Assembly (NCBI GenBank): GCA_031366005.1
Contig: JANLZB010000068.1
Location: 20,311-84,310 of the forward strand
Reading direction: 5' to 3'
DNA length: 64,000 nt
Source: Bacteroidota bacterium
Lineage (GTDB): Bacteria; Bacteroidota; Bacteroidia; AKYH767-A; OLB10
The stretch's first letter is position 1, and every line of letters starts with the position of its first letter. The translations under genes were made by a program, and so were the position numbers. Shown one piece after another: positions 50,810 through 60,257 of the stretch. The notes below the pieces were generated by a model that was not told where the DNA came from, searched no databases, and worked only from the letters and a program-made list of their open reading frames with translations.

Positions 50810-51925
50810 ATGAATAAGCAACTCTCCAAAAAAATTTTAGTTACTCTGTTTACCGGAATAATTGCCGTTCACAATGTGCATTCACAGGGCTGCATCATGG
50901 TTCGGAATATTTCAGGGTTTGGTCAGTACACACAAAACTGTAATGCATTTACCACCTCTAACTGGCAGGTAAATATTGTGGGACGTTATTTTAAGGCTTG
51001 GCGTGATTTTATTGGTACGCAGGATCAGAAAACACCAAAGCAGGATCAGTCCATCATCACTTCTTATTCAACTGATTTTACATTAAGCAGATTATTTAAT
51101 AAAGGATGGTCAGCTGATTTTAGTTTTCCGGTCGCATCTAATTCGAGGTCTGCAACAAAGGAACATGGAGGAGGACTTTCTAAAGTTCCGGGGAACGGTA
51201 CTCCGAGGTTCACCACAAATACTTTTGGTTTGGGCGACATCCGGTTTACTGTTTACAAATGGTTATTGAAACCAACCGTTTCACAAAAAATAAATGTGCA
51301 GCTGGGATTAGGAATAAAATTGCCCACAGGAGATTATAAATACCAGGATTATTTTCATAAAACGGACAGCACAAAAATATTAGCTCCTGTAAATGGTTCA
51401 ATTCAATTGGGCGATGGAGGCACCGGTATCATTACACAGGTAAATGCATTTTTTATCTTTAATAAATCCATCAGCTTGTATGAGAACTTTTATTACCTCA
51501 TTAATCCGCGTGATCAAAATGGAGTGTCAACTACTACAGGTGGAATACCCACTGCTACACAAATAAAAACGGGAAATGATGTTTACAGTGTACCCGATGT
51601 TTACTCTGTACGCGGAGGTATTACCTTTACCGTTAAAAATCTTGCACTTTCAGCAGGCTTACGCGATGAAGGTGTTCCGGTTCGTGACCTTACAGGAGGC
51701 AATTACGGCTTACGCAGACCAGGGCACAACCTGTCAGCAGAGCCGGGAATTTTATACACTATAAAAAACACATCTATCTATGGGTACATGCCTTTTATCA
51801 TTGCGCGAAAAATAAAACAGAGTTTACCTGATGCAGAAACTTCGGTTATCACTCATAAGGAAACTATCGGCACAGGCGGTTCGGGAAATTACAGTTTGTT
51901 TTTGGGAGTATTATTTAAACTTTAA
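50810..51925 (+). CDS. Putative outer-membrane beta-barrel / transporter
   Basis: Signal peptide followed by QGC; GLGDI, GLGIKLPTG and SIQLGDGG motifs; aromatic C-terminal strand. Confidence 0.65.
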   Translation: MNKQLSKKILVTLFTGIIAVHNVHSQGCIMVRNISGFGQYTQNCNAFTTSNWQVNIVGRYFKAWRDFIGTQDQKTPKQDQSIITSYSTDFTLSRLFNKGWSADFSFPVASNSRSATKEHGGGLSKVPGNGTPRFTTNTFGLGDIRFTVYKWLLKPTVSQKINVQLGLGIKLPTGDYKYQDYFHKTDSTKILAPVNGSIQLGDGGTGIITQVNAFFIFNKSISLYENFYYLINPRDQNGVSTTTGGIPTATQIKTGNDVYSVPDVYSVRGGITFTVKNLALSAGLRDEGVPVRDLTGGNYGLRRPGHNLSAEPGILYTIKNTSIYGYMPFIIARKIKQSLPDAETSVITHKETIGTGGSGNYSLFLGVLFKL

Positions 51926-52035
51926 AAATTGCTTAAAATAAACAGAGCGTAGTTGGAATATCATATTACCATAAACCAACTCATCTGTTTATTTAAGACC
52001 TTTGTATGGAAGTAATACTCCATAAAACAAATCAG

Positions 52036-53088
52036 ATGAAAAATATTTTATTAATAATCTTCATTCTTATTGTAGTTACAAATTTTTGTGTAGCACAAAT
52101 CACCATCACCAATGCCAACATGCCTTCAAACAGCGACACTATCAGGTATTCCAACACTTCTCCGGCTGGAATAAATTATGATACAACAGGCGCAAATTTA
52201 ACCTGGGATTTTTCCGCAGTTACTCCCATTAACCAGGGTTTATATGAATACAAACCATCCTTGCTGATTAATCCTGTTTATATTTTCTTTGGTTTAAATT
52301 CCTATGGTTTGAAAATACTTGACAGTTTAAATCTGGGACTTTTCTCTATCAGTAATGTGTATGATTTTTATCGAAACACTTCTGCATCATTTCGTGCTGT
52401 AGGCAGAGGATTGGAATTTGGTGGTGTCCCTATACCCTCCAATTATACTGATGACGATGAAATTTATCAGTTCCCTTTGCAGTATAACGATTTTGACAGT
52501 TCTACTTATGCTGTATCGTTTACACTCTCGAATATTTTAAACATGGATGCAAGCGGATACAGGATTAACGAAGTGGAAGGATATGGATCAGTAATAACAC
52601 CTTATGGAACTTTCAGTTGCTTAAAAGTTAAAACTACTTTGGTTGAAACGGATCTCATTACGATTAATGCTATTCCGCTTCCACCTATAACGCGCACAAC
52701 AAGACAATACAAATGGTTGACCACTTCAGAAAAAATTCCTGTGTTTGAAGTGGCAGGAACTGTGTTTGCAGGCAATTTTATTCCTACTTACGCACGTTAT
52801 CGCGACAATTACAATATACCCGTTGGTTTTAATGAGTTTTCAGATCAAAAGCATATTATCATCTATCCAAATCCTGCATCGCAAAATATTTCTTTATCGG
52901 GTTTGCAGTTTATTGCAGATGATGAAATAGTTATTACAGATGTGACAGGTAAAAAGTTTTATCAAACTACAGTTTTAAAATCTGCAACAATTTTTTCTAT
53001 TGCAACAGGAGACTTTCCAAAGGGAATTTATTTTTTAACCTTGCGGAAATCTGGCAGCTTTTATTCTGATACGTTTATCAAAGAGTAA
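52036..53088 (+). CDS. T9SS type-A secreted protein
   Basis: Signal peptide; GANLTWDFS, EGYGSVITPYGTF; IYPNPA CTD. Confidence 0.8.
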   Translation: MKNILLIIFILIVVTNFCVAQITITNANMPSNSDTIRYSNTSPAGINYDTTGANLTWDFSAVTPINQGLYEYKPSLLINPVYIFFGLNSYGLKILDSLNLGLFSISNVYDFYRNTSASFRAVGRGLEFGGVPIPSNYTDDDEIYQFPLQYNDFDSSTYAVSFTLSNILNMDASGYRINEVEGYGSVITPYGTFSCLKVKTTLVETDLITINAIPLPPITRTTRQYKWLTTSEKIPVFEVAGTVFAGNFIPTYARYRDNYNIPVGFNEFSDQKHIIIYPNPASQNISLSGLQFIADDEIVITDVTGKKFYQTTVLKSATIFSIATGDFPKGIYFLTLRKSGSFYSDTFIKE

Positions 53089-53107
53089 GTAACAGGAAGA
53101 ATATATT

Positions 53108-53557
53108 TCAACTAATTTCTTCAATCATATAACGTACATTATTAATTATTGCAGTATCATTTGTTTTTAAACCCATCAGTTGTTTACCCAATGGTGATTG
53201 CGGAGAAAGTACAATTACAGGAATCTCATTTACATTTATTCTGCCAATCGGAATACTCAAATACAAATAACCTTTATCAGTTTTTACAAGACTTCCTAAT
53301 GTTACATGATCACTTTTAATTGCGCTATCTATTCGCACAAGTATTTCTCTTTGCGCCAATACTTCCTGTAATTGCCTGCTGATTTTTTCATGTTCTATTT
53401 GCATCATCGCTCTTGCCGTTTCATGCTTATCACCCGCTGAACTTTTTGAATCATTGCCTGCATCCTTAGTCAAATCATTCAATGCTGCTTCATGAGTAAG
53501 GATTCTCTTTTCAAGCAAATTCAAGCAGGCAGAATAGAGATTATTTTTCAGAGACAT
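53108..53557 (-). CDS. GreA/GreB-like protein
   Basis: N-terminal coiled coil with KSSAGDKHETARAM; C-terminal LSPQSPLGKQLMG. Confidence 0.7.
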   Translation of the reverse strand: MSLKNNLYSACLNLLEKRILTHEAALNDLTKDAGNDSKSSAGDKHETARAMMQIEHEKISRQLQEVLAQREILVRIDSAIKSDHVTLGSLVKTDKGYLYLSIPIGRINVNEIPVIVLSPQSPLGKQLMGLKTNDTAIINNVRYMIEEIS

Positions 53558-53776
53558 AAATAATGAGTGTATCGGTAAAATTAATTTATTGCTGTCTCCT
53601 GTAATAGTAAAAAACCATTAGTTTATAATTTAATATAAAATAGAATTTCCAATTATTTTGAGAAATAATGGTTAAAGTGGATTGAAAAAAAATCTTAACA
53701 AACTTTTGGAATTTAACAAAAAAAATTATTTTTACTTTTTAAAATCAAAATCAATCACAATTAAAAACCTTACTGT

Positions 53777-54736
53777 ATGAAAAAGTTCTTCAAGATTCTT
53801 TTAGGGATTATTGGTATAATTCTTTTGCTGGCAATTGCAGGGTTTGCATTTATTGAAATAAGAGGCATACCAACGTATGAGCCTGGTAAAATTGATTACA
53901 AAGTGGAAGTTACACCGGAAAGAGTTGAGCGAGGGAAGAAACTCGCATTGCTGCTCTGTGCAAATTGTCATAAGGATGCTGCAACAGGTAAACTTACAGG
54001 TGAGCAGATGCTTGATGCTCCGCCAGAATTCGGAAAAATTTATTCACAGAATATTACACAGGATAAAACTTACGGCATCGGCAGCTGGACTGACGGTGAA
54101 TTGCTTTATCTGCTTCGCACTGGTGTTAAACGTGATGGAAAGTATGCACCTCCTTATATGGCAAAGCTGCCTCACATGGCTGATGAAGATATTAACTCAG
54201 TGATTGCTTTTCTTCGCTCTGATGATCCGATGGTTGCTGCTTCTCCAACTCCTGATTATCCTTGCGAACCTTCTTTCCTGACAAAGTTTCTATCAACCGT
54301 TGCTTTTAAGCCATTGAAGATGCCTGATCACAAAATTGAAATGCCTGATACAAATAATCCTGTAGCGTTTGGTAAATACCTTGTCTTTAACCTCGAGTGC
54401 TGGACATGCCACTCTGCTGATTTCAAAAAACTGAATGCAGAAGAACCTGATAAAACGCCAGGCTTTATGGGTGGTGGTAATAAACCATTGACCAAACAAG
54501 GCGAAGTGATGCTTACACAAAACCTTACACCTGATAACGAAACAGGTATTGGTGAATGGACAGTAGAGCGCTTTACCAATGCACTCAAATATGGAACAAT
54601 GGTTGATCAGCCTGCGTTGCGTTATCCTATGGTGCCCTATGTGCAACTAACGGATGCTGAAGCAAAAGCAATTTATGAGTATCTGCGCACCATCCCTCCA
54701 ATTAAAAACAAAGTTCCGCGTTCAGGAATTAATTAA
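53777..54736 (+). CDS. Membrane-anchored diheme c-type cytochrome
   Basis: CANCH and CWTCH; repeated NIT/NLT..GIGxWT motifs; N-terminal TM. Confidence 0.88.
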   Translation: MKKFFKILLGIIGIILLLAIAGFAFIEIRGIPTYEPGKIDYKVEVTPERVERGKKLALLLCANCHKDAATGKLTGEQMLDAPPEFGKIYSQNITQDKTYGIGSWTDGELLYLLRTGVKRDGKYAPPYMAKLPHMADEDINSVIAFLRSDDPMVAASPTPDYPCEPSFLTKFLSTVAFKPLKMPDHKIEMPDTNNPVAFGKYLVFNLECWTCHSADFKKLNAEEPDKTPGFMGGGNKPLTKQGEVMLTQNLTPDNETGIGEWTVERFTNALKYGTMVDQPALRYPMVPYVQLTDAEAKAIYEYLRTIPPIKNKVPRSGIN

Positions 54737-54768
54737 ATAGTTAATGAATGAAAGATGATAATTTGCGG

Positions 54769-57700
54769 TTACCTGAGCAAAGTAATCCTTCCCTTGTAAG
54801 AATGTTTTTTATTATTTACGTCTTTTGTTTTCAATACATAAACATATAAACCTTCCGGTGAAGCAGCACCTGTATTAAAGTATTTGCCATTCCATACTTC
54901 ATAGGGCTGAGTAGATTTAAAAACAATTTGTCCTTTTCTGTTAAATATATCTATCTCATACTCATTCAGTCCTACACCCTGAACATAAAACACATCATTT
55001 CGTCCGTCATTGTTAGGAGTGAATGCACTGGGAATATAAAAAGTATAAAATGTATTTATCTCCACCGTCTGGAAAGATGAATCCTTGCAGCCATTTTGAG
55101 TAGTCACCACCATCGTTACAAGATAAACTCCTGTATCAGCATATATGTGGCTCATTACACATTCAGTACCTGTGGTTCCATCCCCAAAATCATAATAACA
55201 GGCAACATTCGGTTCATCATAAGAAAAAAGAATATCAGGATGAAGGTCATCCGTTACCGGAGGAACTGCCTGGAAGGTTGGATCAGGAACAGGGTAAACA
55301 TTAACTGGCGCAGGAAGCGTATCTGTTGTTGAACAATTGTCAATACTTGTGTAGGTAAGCGTTGGATTAAAAATCCCTGATTGCTGGTATGTATAAGGCG
55401 GGTTTGGATCTGTTGAAGTATCACCATTACCAAAATTCCAGATAAAGGAAGTACCGCCTGACGGAGTTGAGTTCTCCGTAAACTGAACTGTGAGCGGAGG
55501 ACATCCTGTATTTACATCAGTAAAAAAATCAACAACGGGGCTTGGATTGATTTGCATATCATCCTGGTAAACATTGGCAGGACATCCCGGGCTTTGCGTA
55601 GTGAGTGTGACAGTGTGTTGACCTGCTGTATTAAAATGAATAGCTGTTGGAGATGCTGCATTGCTTGTAAGCGGAGTGGCATTAGGACCAAAATCCCATA
55701 AATAAGTAGTACCGGATATTGCAGGATTAGCAGATGAAAAATTAACACTGCTTTCGTTCTGACATTGTGCAGCAGGAGGAGTAAAGAAAGCATTCTCACG
55801 CGGATGAATAGTAACTCTTACGGTATCCATGGCCGTACAGAATCCCTGCGTAACAGTTACATAATAGGTGGCTATTGAATCTGCAGTAGTAGTGTTGGGT
55901 AAAAGCACTGTTGGGTTTGCAATATTGTTAACAATTATCCCTGCGGATGGCGACCAGTTGTAAGTATTTCCTGCCACAGGATTGCTGCCAATCATTACTG
56001 AAACATTAGCGCAGGTTGAAGTATCTGGTCCTGCAGAAGCAGATGCAGGCGTACCCACAAAAACAGTATCAGTATGCGTAGGTGATATACACAAACTATC
56101 TATCACTTGTAGCGTAACGAGGTATTGTCCTATTGATGAATAGCTGACTTCATAAGGACCTCTTAAAGCTGTATTGGCCGGATTGCTTACACCTCCGCCA
56201 AAGTTCCAGTTGAAAGAAGCTGCGGAGCCACCGCTTCCGTTGTAAACTATGTTGGCAGAATCAGCACCGCATAATTGTTTTGGAGAAATAGTAAAAGTAT
56301 CTGTTGGAACAGAATAAATGTGTAAACTATCATAAGCAAAGGATGACGTGCAACCATTACCGGTAATAGTCACACCGATAATCACATCACCTGCATTACT
56401 CCAGCTCACAGGGTAAGGCCCACCTCCGTTAGGGGCAGGAGGTACAGCAGTGCCACCATCAAAAATCCAGGTATAAACTCCGCCTGTGCCTAAAGTCTGC
56501 GTAGCTTCTGTATTTACAATTTCATTGTCACAGGCTCGCGTAAGATTAGTTACAAATGCAACAGCAGGAGATTGTATGATGTATAACGAATCGTAAGTAG
56601 TATTGCTCAGGCATCCGTTATCGCTTACTATAAGACTGATTCCATCCTTGCCAGGCCCCGGAGTATTCCATACAATGCTGAATGATTGGGGAGTAACATT
56701 CATTGTATCACCATAACCATAGGTCCATGAATACAAACCAGCGCCCCCGGCAGTTCCGCTGTAAATTACGTTAACAGTATCTCCCGTACAAATAGAATCA
56801 TTAGGCAGGTTAAAAGAAAAATCTGATGTGGGCGGATCTAAAACATAAACCGTATCGCGTGTAGTATCAGAAGTACATCCGCCTTCAGTAATATATAAGC
56901 TCACCGGCTGCGGACCGCTGGCGCTCCATATCACATCCCACACCGGACCGGGGCCTTGCGAAAAAATAGTTCCGTTAGGTCCAAAATCCCATACACAATT
57001 TACCAGTGGTGATGATCCGGTGTAGGTAAATGTACTTATATTAAGCCCTGCACTGTTATAGCAAATGCTATCATCATCCACAGTAAAAGTAGAAACAGGG
57101 CTGGGATTAACATTGAGCTGCTGCGTAGTAAAATTGCTGCACCCTGAAGCAACGTTCGATAATGATAACGTTACAATATAAGAACCCGGGTAATAAGTAT
57201 GTGGCGGTGGTGGGTAACCTGAGTAATTAGGTGAAGCATCACCAAAGTTCCAGGTATAAACGCTGCCGGCAATGGCGCTGCTCGTATTGGTAAAAACCGG
57301 TATAATTGAATCACAGCCAAAAGATGGATTAACAGTAAAGTGAGCAGTGGGCGACATTTGAAAAGTACCACCCCAGTTTACATCAAATCCGGTTCCGCTT
57401 CCTGTAATATCATCAATCATTATTGCATATTTATTTCCCGCAATCAAATTAGCCGGAGGGCAAAATGAATTAATTGCACAGTTAACCACCGTTGGAGATA
57501 ACCCAAACTGTTGTCCTGCTATAGGTGTACCATTGCAAGCCACCGGAACAGTAGCTATCGTTGGGCATCCGCTGGTGATATCATACAACGCCCACCTGAA
57601 AGAACCCGTACTGGGCGTTGCAACCCATTCCATAGTGCCGGGTATTGATCCTACAGTAAATTGATACCATCCGGGGTTTACTGGAGCACTGCCAAAGCAT

Positions 57701-58281
57701 GGAGGCTGTGGTGCTACTCCACCTGGTGCAATGGCAGGGCAGGTAAAATTTGTTTTATCACATAATTTCACCGCATTGCCGCAAGATAAACCGGGTGCCA
57801 CAGCACCGGCTGAAGAATTTACACACACCGTAAAATCTCCATCCAACTGTATAGACGTCACGCTGAAATAAACCTGTGCTCCAAGTGTGGTATTAAATGC
57901 TGCACTCGCAGTTCCACCAGAAGTTAGAGAAGTAAAACAAGTCAGATAAGTACTTGAGCAATTTCCATTCATTACCGTTAACGAAACCTGTTGTGCACCG
58001 CCTATGACTGCCGGTGAAATAGTGATGGTGTTTAAAGTACCTGTTGCAACATAAGTAAACCACACATTATGTCCACCGGGTGGCACCGCTACATTATCGC
58101 AGCTGTTAGGAGTTCCGTCTTGCGATGCAAAATTGTTGGAGCTGTTAATACACGTATCCCCATCAGAAGGCAGCGGTATAAAAAAAGCATTTGAACAATC
58201 ATCATTAGAAGGAGATTGGGCAAAAAGAGCGGATTTTATTGTGCAAAACAGAAAAGTTATTAATAGTATTTTTTTAATCAT
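54769..58281 (-). CDS. PKD-domain surface protein with T9SS type-B CTD
   Basis: PSNDDCSNA N-terminal domain; WNFGD repeats; IPSAFTPNNDGRND..IFNRKG..WNG. Confidence 0.88.
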   Translation of the reverse strand: MIKKILLITFLFCTIKSALFAQSPSNDDCSNAFFIPLPSDGDTCINSSNNFASQDGTPNSCDNVAVPPGGHNVWFTYVATGTLNTITISPAVIGGAQQVSLTVMNGNCSSTYLTCFTSLTSGGTASAAFNTTLGAQVYFSVTSIQLDGDFTVCVNSSAGAVAPGLSCGNAVKLCDKTNFTCPAIAPGGVAPQPPCFGSAPVNPGWYQFTVGSIPGTMEWVATPSTGSFRWALYDITSGCPTIATVPVACNGTPIAGQQFGLSPTVVNCAINSFCPPANLIAGNKYAIMIDDITGSGTGFDVNWGGTFQMSPTAHFTVNPSFGCDSIIPVFTNTSSAIAGSVYTWNFGDASPNYSGYPPPPHTYYPGSYIVTLSLSNVASGCSNFTTQQLNVNPSPVSTFTVDDDSICYNSAGLNISTFTYTGSSPLVNCVWDFGPNGTIFSQGPGPVWDVIWSASGPQPVSLYITEGGCTSDTTRDTVYVLDPPTSDFSFNLPNDSICTGDTVNVIYSGTAGGAGLYSWTYGYGDTMNVTPQSFSIVWNTPGPGKDGISLIVSDNGCLSNTTYDSLYIIQSPAVAFVTNLTRACDNEIVNTEATQTLGTGGVYTWIFDGGTAVPPAPNGGGPYPVSWSNAGDVIIGVTITGNGCTSSFAYDSLHIYSVPTDTFTISPKQLCGADSANIVYNGSGGSAASFNWNFGGGVSNPANTALRGPYEVSYSSIGQYLVTLQVIDSLCISPTHTDTVFVGTPASASAGPDTSTCANVSVMIGSNPVAGNTYNWSPSAGIIVNNIANPTVLLPNTTTADSIATYYVTVTQGFCTAMDTVRVTIHPRENAFFTPPAAQCQNESSVNFSSANPAISGTTYLWDFGPNATPLTSNAASPTAIHFNTAGQHTVTLTTQSPGCPANVYQDDMQINPSPVVDFFTDVNTGCPPLTVQFTENSTPSGGTSFIWNFGNGDTSTDPNPPYTYQQSGIFNPTLTYTSIDNCSTTDTLPAPVNVYPVPDPTFQAVPPVTDDLHPDILFSYDEPNVACYYDFGDGTTGTECVMSHIYADTGVYLVTMVVTTQNGCKDSSFQTVEINTFYTFYIPSAFTPNNDGRNDVFYVQGVGLNEYEIDIFNRKGQIVFKSTQPYEVWNGKYFNTGAASPEGLYVYVLKTKDVNNKKHSYKGRITLLR

Positions 58282-58363
58282 GTTTAATTTAAGCCAAATG
58301 AATTTGCGATCCGGGTAAAATGTTTTCAGTTACATTTGTTACCGAACAAATCTACTATAATTT

Positions 58364-59734
58364 ATGCAAACTATTAAGGAGTACGTTACTATTAACAAAG
58401 ACCGTTTTGTTAACGAATTATTCGACCTTTTAAAAATTCCATCCGTTAGTGCTGATTCAAAGCACAAGCAGGATATGCTGCGTGCTGCCGAGTATATCAA
58501 GTCAGCTTTTGAAAAAGCAGGTGCTGATAAAGTAGAGATTTGTGATACTGGTGGCCACCCCATAGTGTATGGTGAAAAAATAATTGACCCAAAACTGAAA
58601 ACAGTGTTGGTTTACGGCCATTATGATGTGCAGCCACCTGATCCATTAAACCTGTGGACTTCTCCACCCTTCGAGCCTGTTATTAAAGATGAAAAAATTT
58701 ATGCACGTGGTTCCTGTGATGATAAAGGGCAGGTCTATATGCACATTAAGGCATTTGAGCTGATGATGAAAAATAACCTGCTCACCTGCAATGTCAAGTT
58801 TATGATTGAGGGAGAGGAAGAAGTGGGTTCGTCCAACCTGGGCACATGGATCAGCAACAATAAAGAAAGACTCAAAGCCGATGTAATTTTAATTTCTGAC
58901 ACTGCCATCATTGCAAACGATACACCCTCTATTGATGTGGGCTTGCGCGGACTCAGCTATATCGAAGTAGAAATCACAGGTCCTGATCACGATTTGCACA
59001 GCGGTGTATATGGTGGCGCAGTGGCTAACCCCATTCAGATACTTTGCGAAATGATTGCCAAGGTGAAAGACAAAGACAATCACATCACCATCCCCGGTTT
59101 TTATGATGATGTAGTTACGCTTAGCGCTGACGAGCGTGCTGAACTCAACAAAGCGCCTTTTAATATAGATGACTATAAAAAAGAATTGGGTATTGAGGAT
59201 GTATATGGCGAAACCGGCTATACCGTTTTAGAGCGCACCGGCATCCGTCCTACCTTTGAAGCCAACGGCATTTGGGGTGGTTACACTGGCGAAGGAGCAA
59301 AAACTGTTCTACCTTCCAAGGCAAGTGCGAAGCTCAGCATGCGGCTGGTGCCTAATCAGCAATCAGATAAGATAACTGAACTTTTTACCAAATACTTCAC
59401 CTCTATTGCCCCCAAGTCAGTTAAAGTAAAAGTTACTCCCCATCATGGTGGCGAGCCTGTGGTTACACCTACTGACTCAGTTGCTTTTAAAGCAGCCAGC
59501 AAAGCAATGGAAGAAACCTTTGGCAAAAAGCCAATCCCTACCAGGGGTGGTGGAAGTATTCCCATAGTGGCGTTATTCGAAAAAGAACTGGGACTGAAAT
59601 CCGTTTTAATGGGTTTTGGATTAGACAGTGACCTTATCCATTCTCCTAACGAACATTTCGGCATCTTCAATTTCCTCAAAGGCATCGAAACCATTCCCCT
59701 GTTCTTTAAATACTATGCAGAGATGAGTAAGTAG
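58364..59734 (+). CDS. M20 family dipeptidase
   Basis: YGHYDVQP, ARGSCDDKGQ, EGEEEVGS, DLHSG and HSPNE motifs; TACATTTG element at 58331. Confidence 0.93.
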   Translation: MQTIKEYVTINKDRFVNELFDLLKIPSVSADSKHKQDMLRAAEYIKSAFEKAGADKVEICDTGGHPIVYGEKIIDPKLKTVLVYGHYDVQPPDPLNLWTSPPFEPVIKDEKIYARGSCDDKGQVYMHIKAFELMMKNNLLTCNVKFMIEGEEEVGSSNLGTWISNNKERLKADVILISDTAIIANDTPSIDVGLRGLSYIEVEITGPDHDLHSGVYGGAVANPIQILCEMIAKVKDKDNHITIPGFYDDVVTLSADERAELNKAPFNIDDYKKELGIEDVYGETGYTVLERTGIRPTFEANGIWGGYTGEGAKTVLPSKASAKLSMRLVPNQQSDKITELFTKYFTSIAPKSVKVKVTPHHGGEPVVTPTDSVAFKAASKAMEETFGKKPIPTRGGGSIPIVALFEKELGLKSVLMGFGLDSDLIHSPNEHFGIFNFLKGIETIPLFFKYYAEMSK

Positions 59735-59801
59735 CCACATGTAAACAATGCTCTTCTAAAGCCGGTAATTAATCCCCGTATTCCATTCTTTAATTCGCTT
59801 A

Positions 59802-60053
59802 CAGCATGCATAAGTATTCCGTTGCCGTGAATTAATAATCCTCAGGCGTGCATTAAAGTGCTGCAGCCATGCATCATCCTTCCGTAGCCGTGCAACAACA
59901 TTCGACAGGCGTGCATAATAATTCCGATGCCGTGCATTAATATTCGACTGCCGGGCATCAGTGTTCGACAGCCATCTAACCACATTCCGCAGCTGTACAT
60001 TATAATTCCATAGTAGTGCATCATCATTCCACAGCCGTGCATTAATAATCGTT
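59802..60053. repeat. Degenerate tandem repeat, 12 x 21 bp
   Basis: Consensus approximately AGCCGTGCATyAnnATTCCrc with exact 21-bp phase. Confidence 0.85.
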
Positions 60054-60257
60054 TGCTGTCTCCGGCTTGCAAATTAGCTATAACCCTCACTGTCACTCAC
60101 AAGGAGCATATTTATGAGTCCGCATCCCAGCCTCATAGTACCCACCCCTCCATTTAACAGTCCCTCATGATGGCAAAGAATCTAACCAACATTCCCATGT
60201 TCACATTTCCACTATTTTAGCCTCTACTTCTATTCCGTAAATCCTTTCTTTGTTCCA

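Noticed and set aside
51970-52000. Fifth copy of the regulon motif (AAACCAACTCATCTGTTTATTTAAG)
   Set aside because: Spacing differs and the TATTGA end is missing, so the match is too weak.
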